Notes: generated from the sequence alone by a model not told the origin. Shown: positions 49,701 to 62,450, counted from the whole stretch's first letter. The stretch is DNA of 62,599 nt, filler included, from Kipferlia bialata (GCA_003568945.1; 5 parts of 5 records of this genome joined end to end with filler, not necessarily neighbours in it); one strand, 5' to 3'. Made by a program: numbers and translations.

Positions 49701-52700
49701 AGGAGGAGGTGCTCAGGGAGAGCAAGAGAGAGCAGGCAGACATCGGTGTGCAGACTGCCTTTGATAGGTCCAAGGGCGTGTCATTGGAGCCCGAGGCCGT
49801 GTCCTTCTTCGCCCATGCTGTAGATGAGATCACACCCACCGACCTCCAGGGCTTCGTGTCCCTGATATCCCTCAGAAGACAGGTGGACCTGTCTGCCTCA
49901 ACCGTCAGGTCCTTCGGGTTTGACGATGCCTACGATGCCCCCACATACTCTCTGTGTGCCGGGCCAGCCCTTGTACAGAGGGTGGCCCAGGCCCAGCTCA
50001 CCTTCTGCTCCCTCTTGGTAGCCTGTACCCGCCTCAGCCAGCCCGCCCTGGACCAAGTCAGACGTACCCAGCTGACAGCCGAGGCTGAGGTGATACAGTC
50101 GCTGGGGGAGGCCACGCTGATGTCCAGGGCCAGAGACGCCGTGCAGAAGGGTGACACCTTTGTCACCAGGAGGGTGGCACTGGACGACTCTGACCTCCAC
50201 ACGTCGGGTATGAAGGTGGTAACAGAGCAGGACCCCCTCCTAAGACTGGACAGGGTCACCTACCTGGAGGCCCTGTACTCCGTGGTGTGGCAGGACCTGC
50301 TTTACATAGTGCCAGTCGCACAGGCAGGGAGAGAGATGCAGGGCAGCGTCATCAACCCCATGACAGTCAGGTCTGCGGCTAGGAAGAGGCTGTCCCAGCA
50401 CCACAAGAGAAGAGCGGACGCAGTCAGGGACGCCGTGGCTCTGAGTCAGGACGGGACTGACGCAAAGGCGGCCGTCCTCTCTCTCCGCCACGCCATGATC
50501 TCCCCCTACCTCTCCCTCATCTCCAATGCCATCCGGTCCATAGCTGTGTGTGCCCAGATAGCCGGTGTCGCAGCCACCTGTGTCAGCACCCTCAAGAGTG
50601 TCGACACTGGGTCTGTGCCCTACTACGTCAACGAGGCAGATGCCCAGGAGCCCACCTTCGCAGAGGACTGCACCATAGGCTCCTTCTTTGCTATCCCCGA
50701 CCCCCGCTTCTGTGCTGACCTACTCCCTACCAAGGACATCACGCTGCCAGTGCCCACTGCCCTTGTGGCCACTCTCTATGCACTCATCTGCCACTCTGAC
50801 ATACTGTCTGTGCTGGCACTGATGCAGACCCTGGAGGGGGGTGATGTGGGGTCCCAGGTTGAGCTGATAGCCCAGGCCGTGCACACTGTGGTGCAGGAGG
50901 CAGACAAGGAGGAGAGAGCTAGTCAGGCACTCAAGTATCTGGCCAAGCGGCGTGACACCCTAGTCCTATCTGTCCTTCCCTGTCTCCTCACCTGTCTGAG
51001 GCAGAGTGCCCATGCTGAGGCAGAGGCCGAGTACAACCACTGTGCCAGCATTATTGCTAGGTACTGCCGGTCGTTCCAGATCCCCCTGGGTGTCAGCTAC
51101 TACTCCTTTGATGGCATGCACAATGTCAACCTGATAGCACAGTCCATGGGGGACTCAGCAGGGGGGGACCAGGCACCCAAGCTGGAGTGCCCAGCCACGC
51201 CCTCCTTTGCCCTATCCTCCGGCCCCTTCCTGATGTCCCCCACCCTGCCCCTGCCCTCTAGGCCCATGTCTGGCAAGGCAGTGTCCACTCTCTACAAGGC
51301 AGTAGTCGACATGGCAGTCGGTACAGAGAGGGAGGGGGGTGCCAGTGTGGGTGTGCCTACTAGAGGTGCAGGCCATGCACTCAACGTCAGGGGGTCTCTC
51401 CCCCGTGCCCAGCTCCCCAGGTGTGCCCAGGCCGTGGGTGCTGTGGACTGCTACACATCATGGTCCCTGCTCTGCCACCCAGGGTACCTCACCCAGTCCA
51501 GGGTGGTGTCCCAGCTATCAGGGGCCGAGGCAGAGAGTGGGGGAGAGGGCAGCCTGTGGAGAGGTATGGGCCTGGCCGGCACCTCTGACGTGTACTGCCC
51601 CCTGGCCTCTGTTGTGTCTGCCGTCAAGGCCATCCAGAGCCAGTCCCTCAAGCTGGCCATTGTGTCTCAGTCCCTCAGACTAGAGCTGGAGCTGGAGGCA
51701 GAGCTCTCTCTGGTGTCAGAGGACCTCACCCCTTCGCAGAGGGAGACAGAGGCCCTCCGCACCGTGGCCTCTCTTGTGTCCAGCTCCAGGGTGTGCAACC
51801 TGTTCAGCTACATCTCCCTGCACCGCACACACTCCATGTTCAGCCCAGGCACCATGTCATCCTACTCCACGGCAGAGGACGCCTTCAACGACCAGGTGCT
51901 AAGGTCCCTCCTGATCGACATAGCCCAGGAAGGCAAGCACAACACTCCGGAGTCACTGCTGGTGGAGATACAGGCAGACCAGAGAGTGGTGGACACTGCT
52001 GTCTCCAAGTACCTGCGTCACCTGAGGCTGACCTCTGACCAGACCCTGACTATACAGAGGGAGCATGCCCTGCGGGAGAGGGTCGTAGCAGAGGGCCTGC
52101 AACGCATCGAGGCAGAGTGTCTGCGGTGCTTCAAGGCTGCCATCCAAGAACTGAAGGTGGCCATCGAGGACAACAGGACAGAGACCATCCCCACCCAGGA
52201 GCACCCGACCCTTCCCTGGGTCCCATTCTATGCACACACCACGCTCACAAAGTTCAACCTCTCCCGCATCGACGACTCCCACCACGTGCGGTCTCTGCAG
52301 CGAGACCTCCTGGGCAGGGCCGAGACTGTGCACGATAGCAGTGGCACTGTGTACATGATCCCTGCTGACTCACTCGTCAAGGCACTCGACGCACACGCAG
52401 GTGGGTGCCAACGTGTAAATATCAATTTTCAGTGTATATTTATTCAAATATCTCTACCTCATTAGCTCTAACCCCCAGAGAACCTGATTGAGTGGCAGAC
52501 CCAGCTGATGGGCACTGTGCAGAGGAGGGCCACCATGATGGTATCCACCCTGAAGAGAGAGGCAGCGGAGGCACATGCCCTGGCAGATGCTAGGCAGAAG
52601 AGGCTGGAGGCAGTGACAGCAGAGGTCGGACGCAGGGTGGACTCCCTGGCTGCACTGTCAGGGTTCAGTCAGGTAATGATGCATTGGTGTATACAGAGTC

Positions 52701-52924
52701 TTACTTAGCATCCACCCTGTCTACCCCCTCTGACTGTGTAGGTGACTGCCTCCACCCGTCTGAGGTATCTGGCCACCGGTCTAGCCTCTGACCTGGAGAC
52801 CCTGGAGGCAGACCTCAGGGCAAAGATACACGGCGAGTACAGCGAGAGGCTGCAGACACTGGCTGGCAGGCTGCTAGCTGTGGAGGATAGGGCCATCGAC
52901 TACAGGTATCTGGGTATCCATCCA

Positions 52925-52956
<32 letters not shown>

Positions 52957-54120
52957 CATATATATTCCCCATCTCTCTCTCACCCCAGGGAGGAGCACGG
53001 CCAGGCTGTCCGTTCCACCCTGCATGAGGCCAGGAAGGACGCCCTCAACAAGTTGGCAGACAAGCAGCAGCTGGAGAGTGTCAAGTCTGCCCTGAGACGC
53101 TTTGTGACATTGGACGATGAGGCTATGCAGCTAAGGACAGCATTGGAGACACAGTGCAGACTGACAAGGAAGGCTAGGTGGGTGTAGTCCTTATATACAC
53201 ACACACTATATTCCCTACTGTAACATTGTATAACCCTGACCCCTAGAGTGTTTGGTCAGATGCGCATCTCTTCCTTGCAGTCCAGACTGGGAGAGCAGGT
53301 GGAGTCCCTCACCAGCCAGATGGAGAGAAAGACAGCCATGCTCAGACAAGTCAGGGCGCAGCAGGTGAGGCAGGGTGTGAACATGTATTCCAGTCATAAT
53401 TCCACTGTTGCTATTGATGTATTCTCTGTTTCCCCCTCACCCCAGATGGCCTCTGAGGACATCCTGCGCAACCAGCTTTCCCAGACCCAGGAGGCCCTGT
53501 CCAAGAGCGAGGTGGAGACAGCAGCACTCAGACAGAAGTTGAGCAAGTTTGGCAGGCAGCGCGACAACCTTCTCCAGTGGAAGGGCAGGAAGAGCAGAGT
53601 GCTGACCAACGTATCCCAGCACCTGGGAGACCTCAACGCCTCTGCCCAGCTTGACTCTGCCAGGATGCTAGAGGCCTTACACAAGAGCAGGAGTGAGGGT
53701 ACTCAGCTGAGGCGGGCACTCGACCAGCAGGAGCGGATAGCTGACCTCGAGCAGCACAAGCTGAGCCAGCGCATAGCCGAACTGACATCCGCCCTGCAGC
53801 AGGAGAGAAGGGTCAAGAGAGACGCGGTGGCCAGGGCGGAGGAGACTGCGGCCAGACTGGCGGCCCTACAGCAGAGCGGCACAGCGGTCAAGGGGGTGCA
53901 GGGACAGAGTATCAGACGGGCAGTGCTGTCAGAGACAGAGGGGCTCAGACGCGAGCTCTACTCTGCACAGCGTACCGTCAGACGTCTCAAGAGCGCCAAG
54001 CCTCGGGGTGTGTCTGCCCGGCCGTCCTCTGCCTACCACCCCATGGACGAGGAGGAGAGGCCCCAGACGTCGCTGGGCCTGAGGCCGGTTGCCAGGACGA
54101 ACCTCCCATTCCTTCAGTGA
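46775..54120 (+). CDS. Very large (>2000 aa) helical protein with C-terminal coiled coil; tentatively CCDC162/DUF4549-like
   Basis: 1896-codon ORF plus in-frame downstream exons to TGA at 54120; coiled coil ending LQQERRVKRDAVARAEE; RPSSA/RPQTS tail. Family call is from recollection only. Confidence 0.7.
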
Positions 54121-54477
54121 GGGTGCTGCTACTAGGCTTAGTAGTAGTAGTCTGCTAGGGGGTACCTATTCTGTCCCTCTATGTGCACCAGGGGTGATTG
54201 TCCCAGTGTACTGTTGTCTCCCGTATGTTTCTGTCTTGCTGTCTTGTTTACCGCGCCATGGCCTAGGGTCGTGGACACCTACTCACTCGTCGTGTGTCTG
54301 TGTACACTGGAGTGACACTTGTATCCATATACTGATATGTTGATACCTCGCAATAGATTGTTTGTATCTTTGGCTGTTGGCCTCGAGTATCAATCAATAA
54401 TTACCAACTGTCTACACACAACGCTAACATGGATCAAAAATGGGTATCTGTTATAATGAATCTATACACGGTGACAC

Positions 54478-55357
54478 TCAGTTCTGAGACCTCTTAGCGT
54501 CAGGACCGGCAGGAGCCTCCTCCTCCTCCTCCTCTGCCTCTGCCTCTGCCTCTCCCTCTTCCTGCTCTTCAGTCTCTGCCTCTCCCTCCTCCCCACACTC
54601 TCTGAGGGCACTGCTGTTGGACACAGTCATGTCGGCCAGCATGTCAAGGCTCTGCTCCAGGCTGGACAGCATGTCCTGGGCCTCCTCGCACTCCTGTCTC
54701 TGCCTCTTGCGGCCAAAGATGAGCCTGGGCTTTGCCTCGTTGAGCTGGGTGGCGTACTGGTCGGCACCCTCCCTCACTGCATCCAGCCACAGCTTGGCAC
54801 CCTCTATCTCGTCCATGGCAATGTACGCCATGCCTAACAATAAGCGAACTATAAACTCATATATATACATGTAGTGCATACCGATGTGGGTCTGTGCCTC
54901 AATCTTGAGCAGCATGGTGGTGTGGGAGGGGTTAGGCACGCGCTTCAGGTGCTCAACCGCCTGTATCAGTATCAGTATACATATACACACACATATATAT
55001 ATATAGATACAGATGATGATACCTGTATCATGTGGGCTGCTATGGCCTGGTGCAGGTCACTGTCCTCGCCCTCGCTGAAGTCTGTCCCCGAGTGGAAGCA
55101 GCACTTGCCCATGGCGTGGTAGGCCTCGCCTGGGGTTAGGAGATAGAGGGAAATAGGGACAACGCACAATAGACATGAGATACACACCCTGTAGCTGGGC
55201 GGCCCTGACGTCTAGCTTTGACCCGTAGAGTGGGATGGAGCCGAGGGTGGAGGCAGCCAGCCTGCCCAGCTGGTACGCTGTGTCATAGAGCATCTGGGGC
55301 ATGAGGGAGGTGGGCGTGTCCTCGTCCTCACGCATGGACTGGAGCTGGGCAAGGACC
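54478..55357 (-). CDS. 3' part of hypothetical TPR-like helical protein with acidic tail
   Basis: Exons GEAYHAMGKCCFH..LHQAIAHMIQ / AVEHLKRV..AQTHI / GMAYIAMDEIEGAKLWLDAV. Confidence 0.6.
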
Positions 55358-55426
55358 CTGGGGGTGAGGGAAAGGGAAAGGGGGGAGGGGGGGGGGGGGG
55401 GGGGGGGGGATAAAAAAAATAAAAAA

Positions 55427-55526
55427 NNNNNNNNNNNNNNNNNNNNNNNNNNNNNNNNNNNNNNNNNNNNTTAATTAATTAANNNNNNNNNNNNNNNNNN
55501 NNNNNNNNNNNNNNNNNNNNNNNNNN
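55427..55526. other. Artificial contig linker N44-TTAATTAATTAA-N44
   Basis: 12-mer at 55471-55482. Confidence 0.97.
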
Positions 55527-55590
55527 CCACAGGTAGCATGGACCTACCCCTTCCCCCATCCCCCCCCCCCCCCCCCCCCTCTCACCCCAG

Positions 55591-55725
55591 GGTACCATCA
55601 TTGAGGTGGATGTGTCTGACCTAGGCCTGGTGACCCAGTCCGGCAAGGTGGTGTGGGGCAAGTACGCCCAGGTGACCAACCACCCCGACAGGGATGGGTG
55701 CATCAACGCCATCATGCTGGTGTAG
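55591..55725 (+). CDS. NSA2: Ribosome biogenesis protein NSA2, last exon
   Basis: After ctcaccccag: [47 protein letters not shown], the conserved NSA2 C-terminus; absent from the ORF track. Confidence 0.93.
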   Translation, partial: GTIIEVDVSDLGLVTQSGKVVWGKYAQVTNHPDRDGCINAIMLV

Positions 55726-56227
55726 ACAGGGGGCGGTGCATGCTCCCTCCACCCATGGGGTGTGCAGGGGTGTAGGCCGTACTGTCCTGCCTTGTCCGTA
55801 TGGCATCCCCTGCTCTTTGTCAGGCCGTGGTACACCCCCCGGCACTGCCCATGTCATCTATCTTTATTTAGCCGATCTTGCGTCGCGTGTGGGTGTATAT
55901 ACATATAGTTCTTGTGTGCCTGCCTCCCACCTGATACTGCGTTATACGGGTGGCAGGCCAGTGTAGTTTGTGTCTGTTGGGTATCCTCCCCCAGGCTGTA
56001 CCCCTATCGATTAGGGCGCCGGGGTTTCAGGGCCTTGTGATGTGATAAATTTCCGTTGTTGTTGTTGTCTTCTGGAGGAGTGAATGGGTGTCTTGAAGTG
56101 TTAGAGTCGGCTCTGAGTCAGAGGCTCCGAGTCGCTCAACCACTCGAGGCTCTACACCCTTTTCTTCTGTGTTTGCGACTGTTTGTGGATCTAGATATGC
56201 CTCTATCTAGGGCACCGGAGAGAGAGT

Positions 56228-56944
56228 ATGGACAGTGCTGGTGATGATGCCCCCCTCTTCGGAGGGCAGGGTGCTACTGGCGGGTATGACTCCGCTGTGA
56301 CGTCCCTTGACGACCTGATGGCTGCTGTGGGAGGCGTTGTGAGTGAGGATGTGGCCAGACAGTCAGACAAGGTGGCAGAGACCATCCAGGCACCTAGGCC
56401 GGTGGTGTCCGGACCAGCAGCTCGCAGGGCACGCCAGGCAGCCACCAGGGAGAAGGCCGACCGTGATGTGTCCCGGTGGGCAGGATACGTGCACACCAAT
56501 GATATGAAGGTAGATTGGGTTACTATACGCACCATCTCAGTGGAGTGGTTGTCTCATACCGGTAGTTGCACGATTTGGGTCTGTGGTATGGTATATTAGC
56601 GTATAGCACGGTATATCTCTGTTACGTCTGGTGTTGCAGTATCACTTATGTATCCATACCTCATACGCCCACCCTCAGAAGAACCACGTCTATGGAGACT
56701 CCACCGCCAAAGCAGGACACAGCCTTGCATTCGCTACACAGATGAGGTGGGTATGACGTGCGCGCGTGGATATATATATACATAGACGTTGTGTGACTCA
56801 GGTGCTGTCTATCGTATCTCTCCATCCTGACTCTGTCTGACCCCTAGGACAGAGACATCCCTGCAGTCTGAGATCGCAGCTGTGCTGGCAGGGGCTGGCC
56901 TTGTCCAGAACGGGAGGCCCCAGCTCACAGAGGAGGAGTCCAAG
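56228..56944 (+). CDS. UTP14: U3 snoRNP-associated protein UTP14, N-terminal exons only
   Basis: SLDDLM..ARRARQAATREKADRDVSRWAGYVHTN..TETSLQSEIAAVL..LTEEE resembles Utp14 (R.AAYE..K.EVSKW..V..N; T.LE.EI..L). Confidence 0.65.
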
Positions 56945-57287
56945 GTGGGTGTCACTGGGTTGGTTGTTGTTATAAGCAGTGTCATCACATTGTTATTCGA
57001 TCCGGTCTCTCTCTCTGCCACATCTTTATATATATGACATTGGCCCATGTACCCCCCCCCCCCCCCCCCCCCACCCCCCCAACTCTCACTCGGTAAACAA
57101 TATACACATACTAGTGGATCCACATATATATTGAGTGGACCAGCCTTGGTAATACAGATTTACCCCAACGTGTATAATATCAGACAACGATAAATGTGCA
57201 TACGTACTCACATACACTTATATACACAGGGGGAGATGGAAAGAGTACAGAAAATACCCAAATACAAGAGAGATACAAGTGACCCAC

Positions 57288-57831
57288 CTTTCTAGAAGTG
57301 TCATTCACATTAGGTTGGGCATTCTCACTGGGGTCAGGAATGAGCAAGGGTATGGGAGGGTGGAAGATGGTATATATCAGACCCACCAGAGACCGTGACA
57401 CACTCAAATACAGTAGAACACATGTATACGTATGGATCCATGCTCATCTGCACACCATACCACACATACGACACAGACTGAAGATCGTGTATCACTCCAC
57501 ACACTTGTTCTGACTACGTATACATATAGCACTCCATACATGAAGGGGTTAGAACACACCTGGGTCTCTTTGAATTGGTCTTATGCTTCATCTGGTTCTT
57601 GTTACTGAATGTCAGACACAGAGCGACGATATGTAATATAAACACCACATACTAACACTGATATACTCTGCTCTCAGCAATACACGACCCGTATATAATG
57701 GTACTCATGTATGTATACACTGCCAGAGTGACCATACCGAATACCGGCACGGTTTCCCGCACGCTTGCTGAGGTGTCTTGATGTCTTGTTCATTGTAGGC
57801 ATTGGAAGAGAGACTGCACGAGCCACACATG
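57288..57831 (-). CDS. Possible small spliced hypothetical gene fragment (MCGSCSLSS..NKNQMKHKTNSKRP..ENAQPNVNDTSRK)
   Basis: Three GT-AG-bounded exons join in frame; no homology recognised. Confidence 0.3.
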
Positions 57832-58569
57832 GACAGCCAGAGTGGTTCAACCCTTTAACGCGAAACACAAACACACTTCACTCAGTGACACAATGAGGCG
57901 AGGTCAGGCTAGGGGCACATCACCCCGATACTTGCGTATCTGGCAAGAATATCAGCCGGCCGGAGCATCACCGTCATTAGGGCACTTGCGGGAGAATCCG
58001 GAACAGAGAGGAGCCGCGGATCCCATTTCTGCTTCAATTTCGGCCAACGAAGCCACAAGCAAAGGGCGGCCGCAATTCTCTCAGAATGTGTACTACAAGG
58101 TTGTCCAAGTATGCGGGGGTTATCGTTCACTTCAAATGTCCCCCTTAAAGGCCTTCTTGCATTCCTTGCTCTTGATGGTCCTTAAGAGAGAGGAGGAAAC
58201 GATTTTGAAGATGTGACCCTCACTTCACCAACCTTTCTGCCAAATAGACAACAATTTGTGTGACTAACAATCACTGTCACACAATACAGTCACACAATCG
58301 TCACTCAAATGCGTTTGTCTGGGACACCGGAGAGAGCAGAGGCTTTGTGTATATGGTGGATCTCGCCTTTGAATCCAAGATAAGAAGAAAGAGCGAAAAT
58401 TCAAGTCATGATGAATCTGACTTATTAATAGAAAGATCAACAGATGACTTGTTTTTCACTCAGAAAGTAGTGTCTATTTGTCCCTCAATGCGTTGGTTTC
58501 TGATGATATGTATGGTATGAACAGACAAATCTCCATCCATCAACGATATCTCAACAGTATTTATAGTAA

Positions 58570-59088
58570 TTAACAATGGTGTCCCGTCACTCTACCCCCC
58601 GATGTGCCTTGTGCATTTGCGTATGTGCTGGCACAGCATGGCCACAGACTCTGCATCCAGGGGGGTGTACCTATGGTGAGTGTACAGCAGACAGTATGCA
58701 AGATTATATATATATATATAGAGAGAGAGAGAGACATAGACATAGTTATGTAGCATACCTGCATGCATCTGAGAACTGGTCCCAGTAACTGCCGCACACA
58801 CATCTGACATAGGGCAGAAGGGCCACCCTCAGATGCACACCCTCACAGACAGAGGAGGGGGGGAGGGTCCAGCCACCTGAGGAGTTAGTAGATAGTTCAA
58901 TGCATAGGCAGCGCATACATGTATAGTATATATATGTGTGTGTAACACCCTCACACACATGGGAGGGGGGGAGGGTCCAACCACCTGAGGAGTTGGTATA
59001 CATGCATACATGCATACCTTGTCTCCATATCTGCATTTACCAAGAGACCTTGGCCTCACTCCTTGTCAATATATACGTATATGCTATA

Positions 59089-59124
<36 letters not shown>

Positions 59125-60152
59125 GTATGTATACTATCTCCATATACTGGCACAGTCCTAGTCCCCGTCACTCGTCATCCCAATACATATGTACACACTA
59201 TACACGATATGTATCATACATATACATACATACCTAGTCCCCCCTTAGGTACATCACTTGTCATGCCCAGTGCCCTGGCACAGTATATATCGATATATAT
59301 ATATATATATACCATCATATGTATACACTATACATGCAACGGTATATACCTAGTCCCTTCCCATCACATGTCATACCCAGTGCCCTGGCACAGTATGTCT
59401 GGACCTGCTCGTGGAAGGACAGCAGCTCGGTCTGATAGTAAGCATCACACATCTATGTATATAACACATGTATAAACTAGTAAACTGTAATACACGAGTC
59501 TGAAGGACAGCAGCTCGGTCTGGGGTCGAGAACACTCTCTGTCTCTATACTAATCTATCTATATATATATACACTATTTTACATTATATCATTATACTCC
59601 TTTGCCATGTGTATATATGCACTCATACATACATTCATGTATATCAGTAGGTATACATGATACACGTACCCTCGTCTCCTGTGCCATGTGTATGTATGCA
59701 CTCTGGGGGTTCTTGTCCAGAACACACCGGTACAGCACACTGAGGTGAGGGGAGAGGGGGGGGGGGGGTCCGTTGGGGTAGATGAACTACTGTAATACAT
59801 ATAGATACATTGATACAAAATACGTGATACACTGGTTAAGTAATGACTCGATTATCCACCTAGCCACATTTGACAACCCTGTCAATGCCCCCCTGAGTGC
59901 CCATGGGTGTACTCTGCCTGTCCTGACACACACACTGGACAGGGTGGACACTAGGGTGGAGATCCTGGGGTTGGTATATATATATATATATATTGAGAGA
60001 GAGAGAGAGAGAGATAGAGAGAGAGACTGGACAGGGTGGACACTAGGGTCGAGATCCTAAGGTTGGTACCTATATATATATTGAGAGAGAGAGAGAGAGA
60101 GAGACAGACTGGACAGGGTGGACACTAGGGTGGAGATTCTAGGATAAGTATG

Positions 60153-60184
<32 letters not shown>

Positions 60185-62450
60185 TAGAAGTGACACACAG
60201 GCTGGACAGAGTGCATACTCTGGTGGATTTCCTATTGTTAGTATATGTGTAGATACAGTGTCCAGCTTTGAATCAGTAAGGAATGGAGACGGTCAATGCG
60301 ACCACTACACCAACAGTTGGTAATTGCATAAAGGTGCCTCGAAGTATCCACCCGGACACCTAAAAGAATGCATAGCTATACACTACCCTATGTACCTGAG
60401 TCCAAATGGCCCCTGTGCCACTGACCCCGACATAGAGGGGGCCTGGGGGTGAGGAAGACGACGTATATATACACATACATAGTAGCCACCATATGCATCT
60501 TCAATTCAATACTACGGATATTGAACACACATCCCCACCTGCCCCAGTGGACTGAGTGCCTTAGGCCATTTACTACCACATAAGTATATATATATATATA
60601 TTTGTATATATACACCCATACCTGCCCCAGTGGACTGAGTGCCTTGGCCTGGAGGGCGGACAGGTGCTGCAGGGTCTGGGGTGGATGTTACACAGATATA
60701 CAGTAAAGAATACACACACACAAGTATATGCATATAGACACTATATACATATATATATCCATACCTCTGCACTCTCTGTGTGGAACAGGTATGCCAGTAT
60801 CTCTCCACAAGTAGTACAGGCAGTGCACAGGATCTGAGGAGGGTGAGTGTTTGTGGTGCTATTGACACTATGTACACTGTACATTGCGAATACCAATACA
60901 TACCTCTGGGTCCTCGACTGCATCCACTGTCTCGACCAGTACATATACATATCTGATACACAAACATACATATCACTATATATATATATAGTACAGTACT
61001 CATATACCTCAGGGTCCTCGACTGCATCCACAGTCTGGGCCAGTATACGCACAACTGGAGGTGAGGCATGGGAGGGGGGTTGCACACAGATAGAGAAAAC
61101 CCGTTCCCACATTGATATATGAACGCAGTATCAGTATCAGTAGTGTACCCTTTCTATACTCTCTGAAGATATGGAGGTCTATCTACAGCAGTATATCACT
61201 CCACTCTATTATGAATAGTACTATACTCACACTCCCATACCTGCATCAATGAGAGCCGGGGCACTCCACTTCTCTGTGTCCTCATCCCCATGGAGGGACA
61301 GGGCCAGTCTACAGTGAGAGGGCAAATACATAGAGACTCTATGTGATAGAGAAGTAGTATATATAGTATAGAATAGTATATATACTGATACTGAGTCCTC
61401 ATCCCCATGCAGAGACAGGGCTAGCCTGGGGTTAGCGGTATTTTCACTTCTATATATGTGTATGAATAGTATGTACAGGACCAAACCCGGCAGTCACCAC
61501 GCAGATACAGGGCCAGTCTACAGCGAGTCAGAGGGGAAGGTATACATACATAGGAGTGTACAGACATCAGTCACCAGCAAGAAGGCACAACTCAAGGCTA
61601 TGACAGTATATCGCCAGTGGTTACACTACACTATATCCCCATACCTCTTTCTGAGCTGTATGTGTGACACCAGTGACCTAAGGACACATACACTGGGGGT
61701 AGGAGGAGAAGGGGGGGGGGTAGGAGGGTTGATACAGAGGACTGGCTACATTCCCAAACATGGTCAATGTACTCTCTTGAGACTCCTACACGTACAAATC
61801 CGAGTGGTCCACCGACCCTTGCTGGTCAGTCCAGTGCGACCTGGGGGTGAGGTACGTACACGGGTGTGTATGTATATGTGTGTGTGTTTGGATGTATATG
61901 AGATATATGAGATACTCCCTGGGTCTGTCCAGTGCGACCTGGGGGTGAAAAGAGAACATACAGATGTATGTATGTATGCATATGAGATACTCAACAGTCT
62001 GTCGACTGTGCATAACGTCTAGATGTACCTCAGCGTTGTATCCCGCAACGGCAGGTATAAGTGAATTTATATGTATAATGATATGTATTATATGATATGT
62101 ATCAAACATTGTATGAGTGTATAGTGTGTCATCGATACCTGAGCACTGCGTCCTGCAATACATCAATATATAGATATAAAAATACATAATACACACACAT
62201 ATATATACATATATATATATATATAATACATACACACCTCAGCACTGCGTCCTGCAATGCATCACACGAGACAAGCAGGGCATTGGCCTTGCCTGGCAGT
62301 TAGTGAATGTATACTCAGAATACATACTATGACTGTCATTAAAAGGATGGTGGGTGATAGGACAACAGGAGTGCGTTGCCTGTGGCAAGATGTGTGTGTA
62401 TGTATATACTGGATACCCACTCACCAAACCGCACTGCCTGCTCTGTGGGC
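58570..62450 (-). CDS. Microexon-rich hypothetical protein, partial
   Basis: Exons such as LALSLHGDEDTEKWSAPALIDA / VVRILAQTVDAVEDPE / ILCTACTTCGEILAYLFHTESAE / ISTLVSTLSSVCVRTGRVHPWALRGALTGLSNVAR with ctcaccccag-type acceptors. Confidence 0.5.

Noticed and set aside
45152..56944. Ribosome-biogenesis cluster TSR1-NSA2-UTP14
   Set aside because: TSR1 is on a different contig; only NSA2 and UTP14 are adjacent, which could be chance
57842..58520. Transposon or ncRNA in a compositionally distinct stretch
   Set aside because: No terminal repeats, transposase/RT motifs or recognisable RNA family seen; cannot be supported without a search
61240..61310. VPS13-like WS.P..IDA motif in the last gene
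   Set aside because: Single short motif with no supporting similarity in other exons
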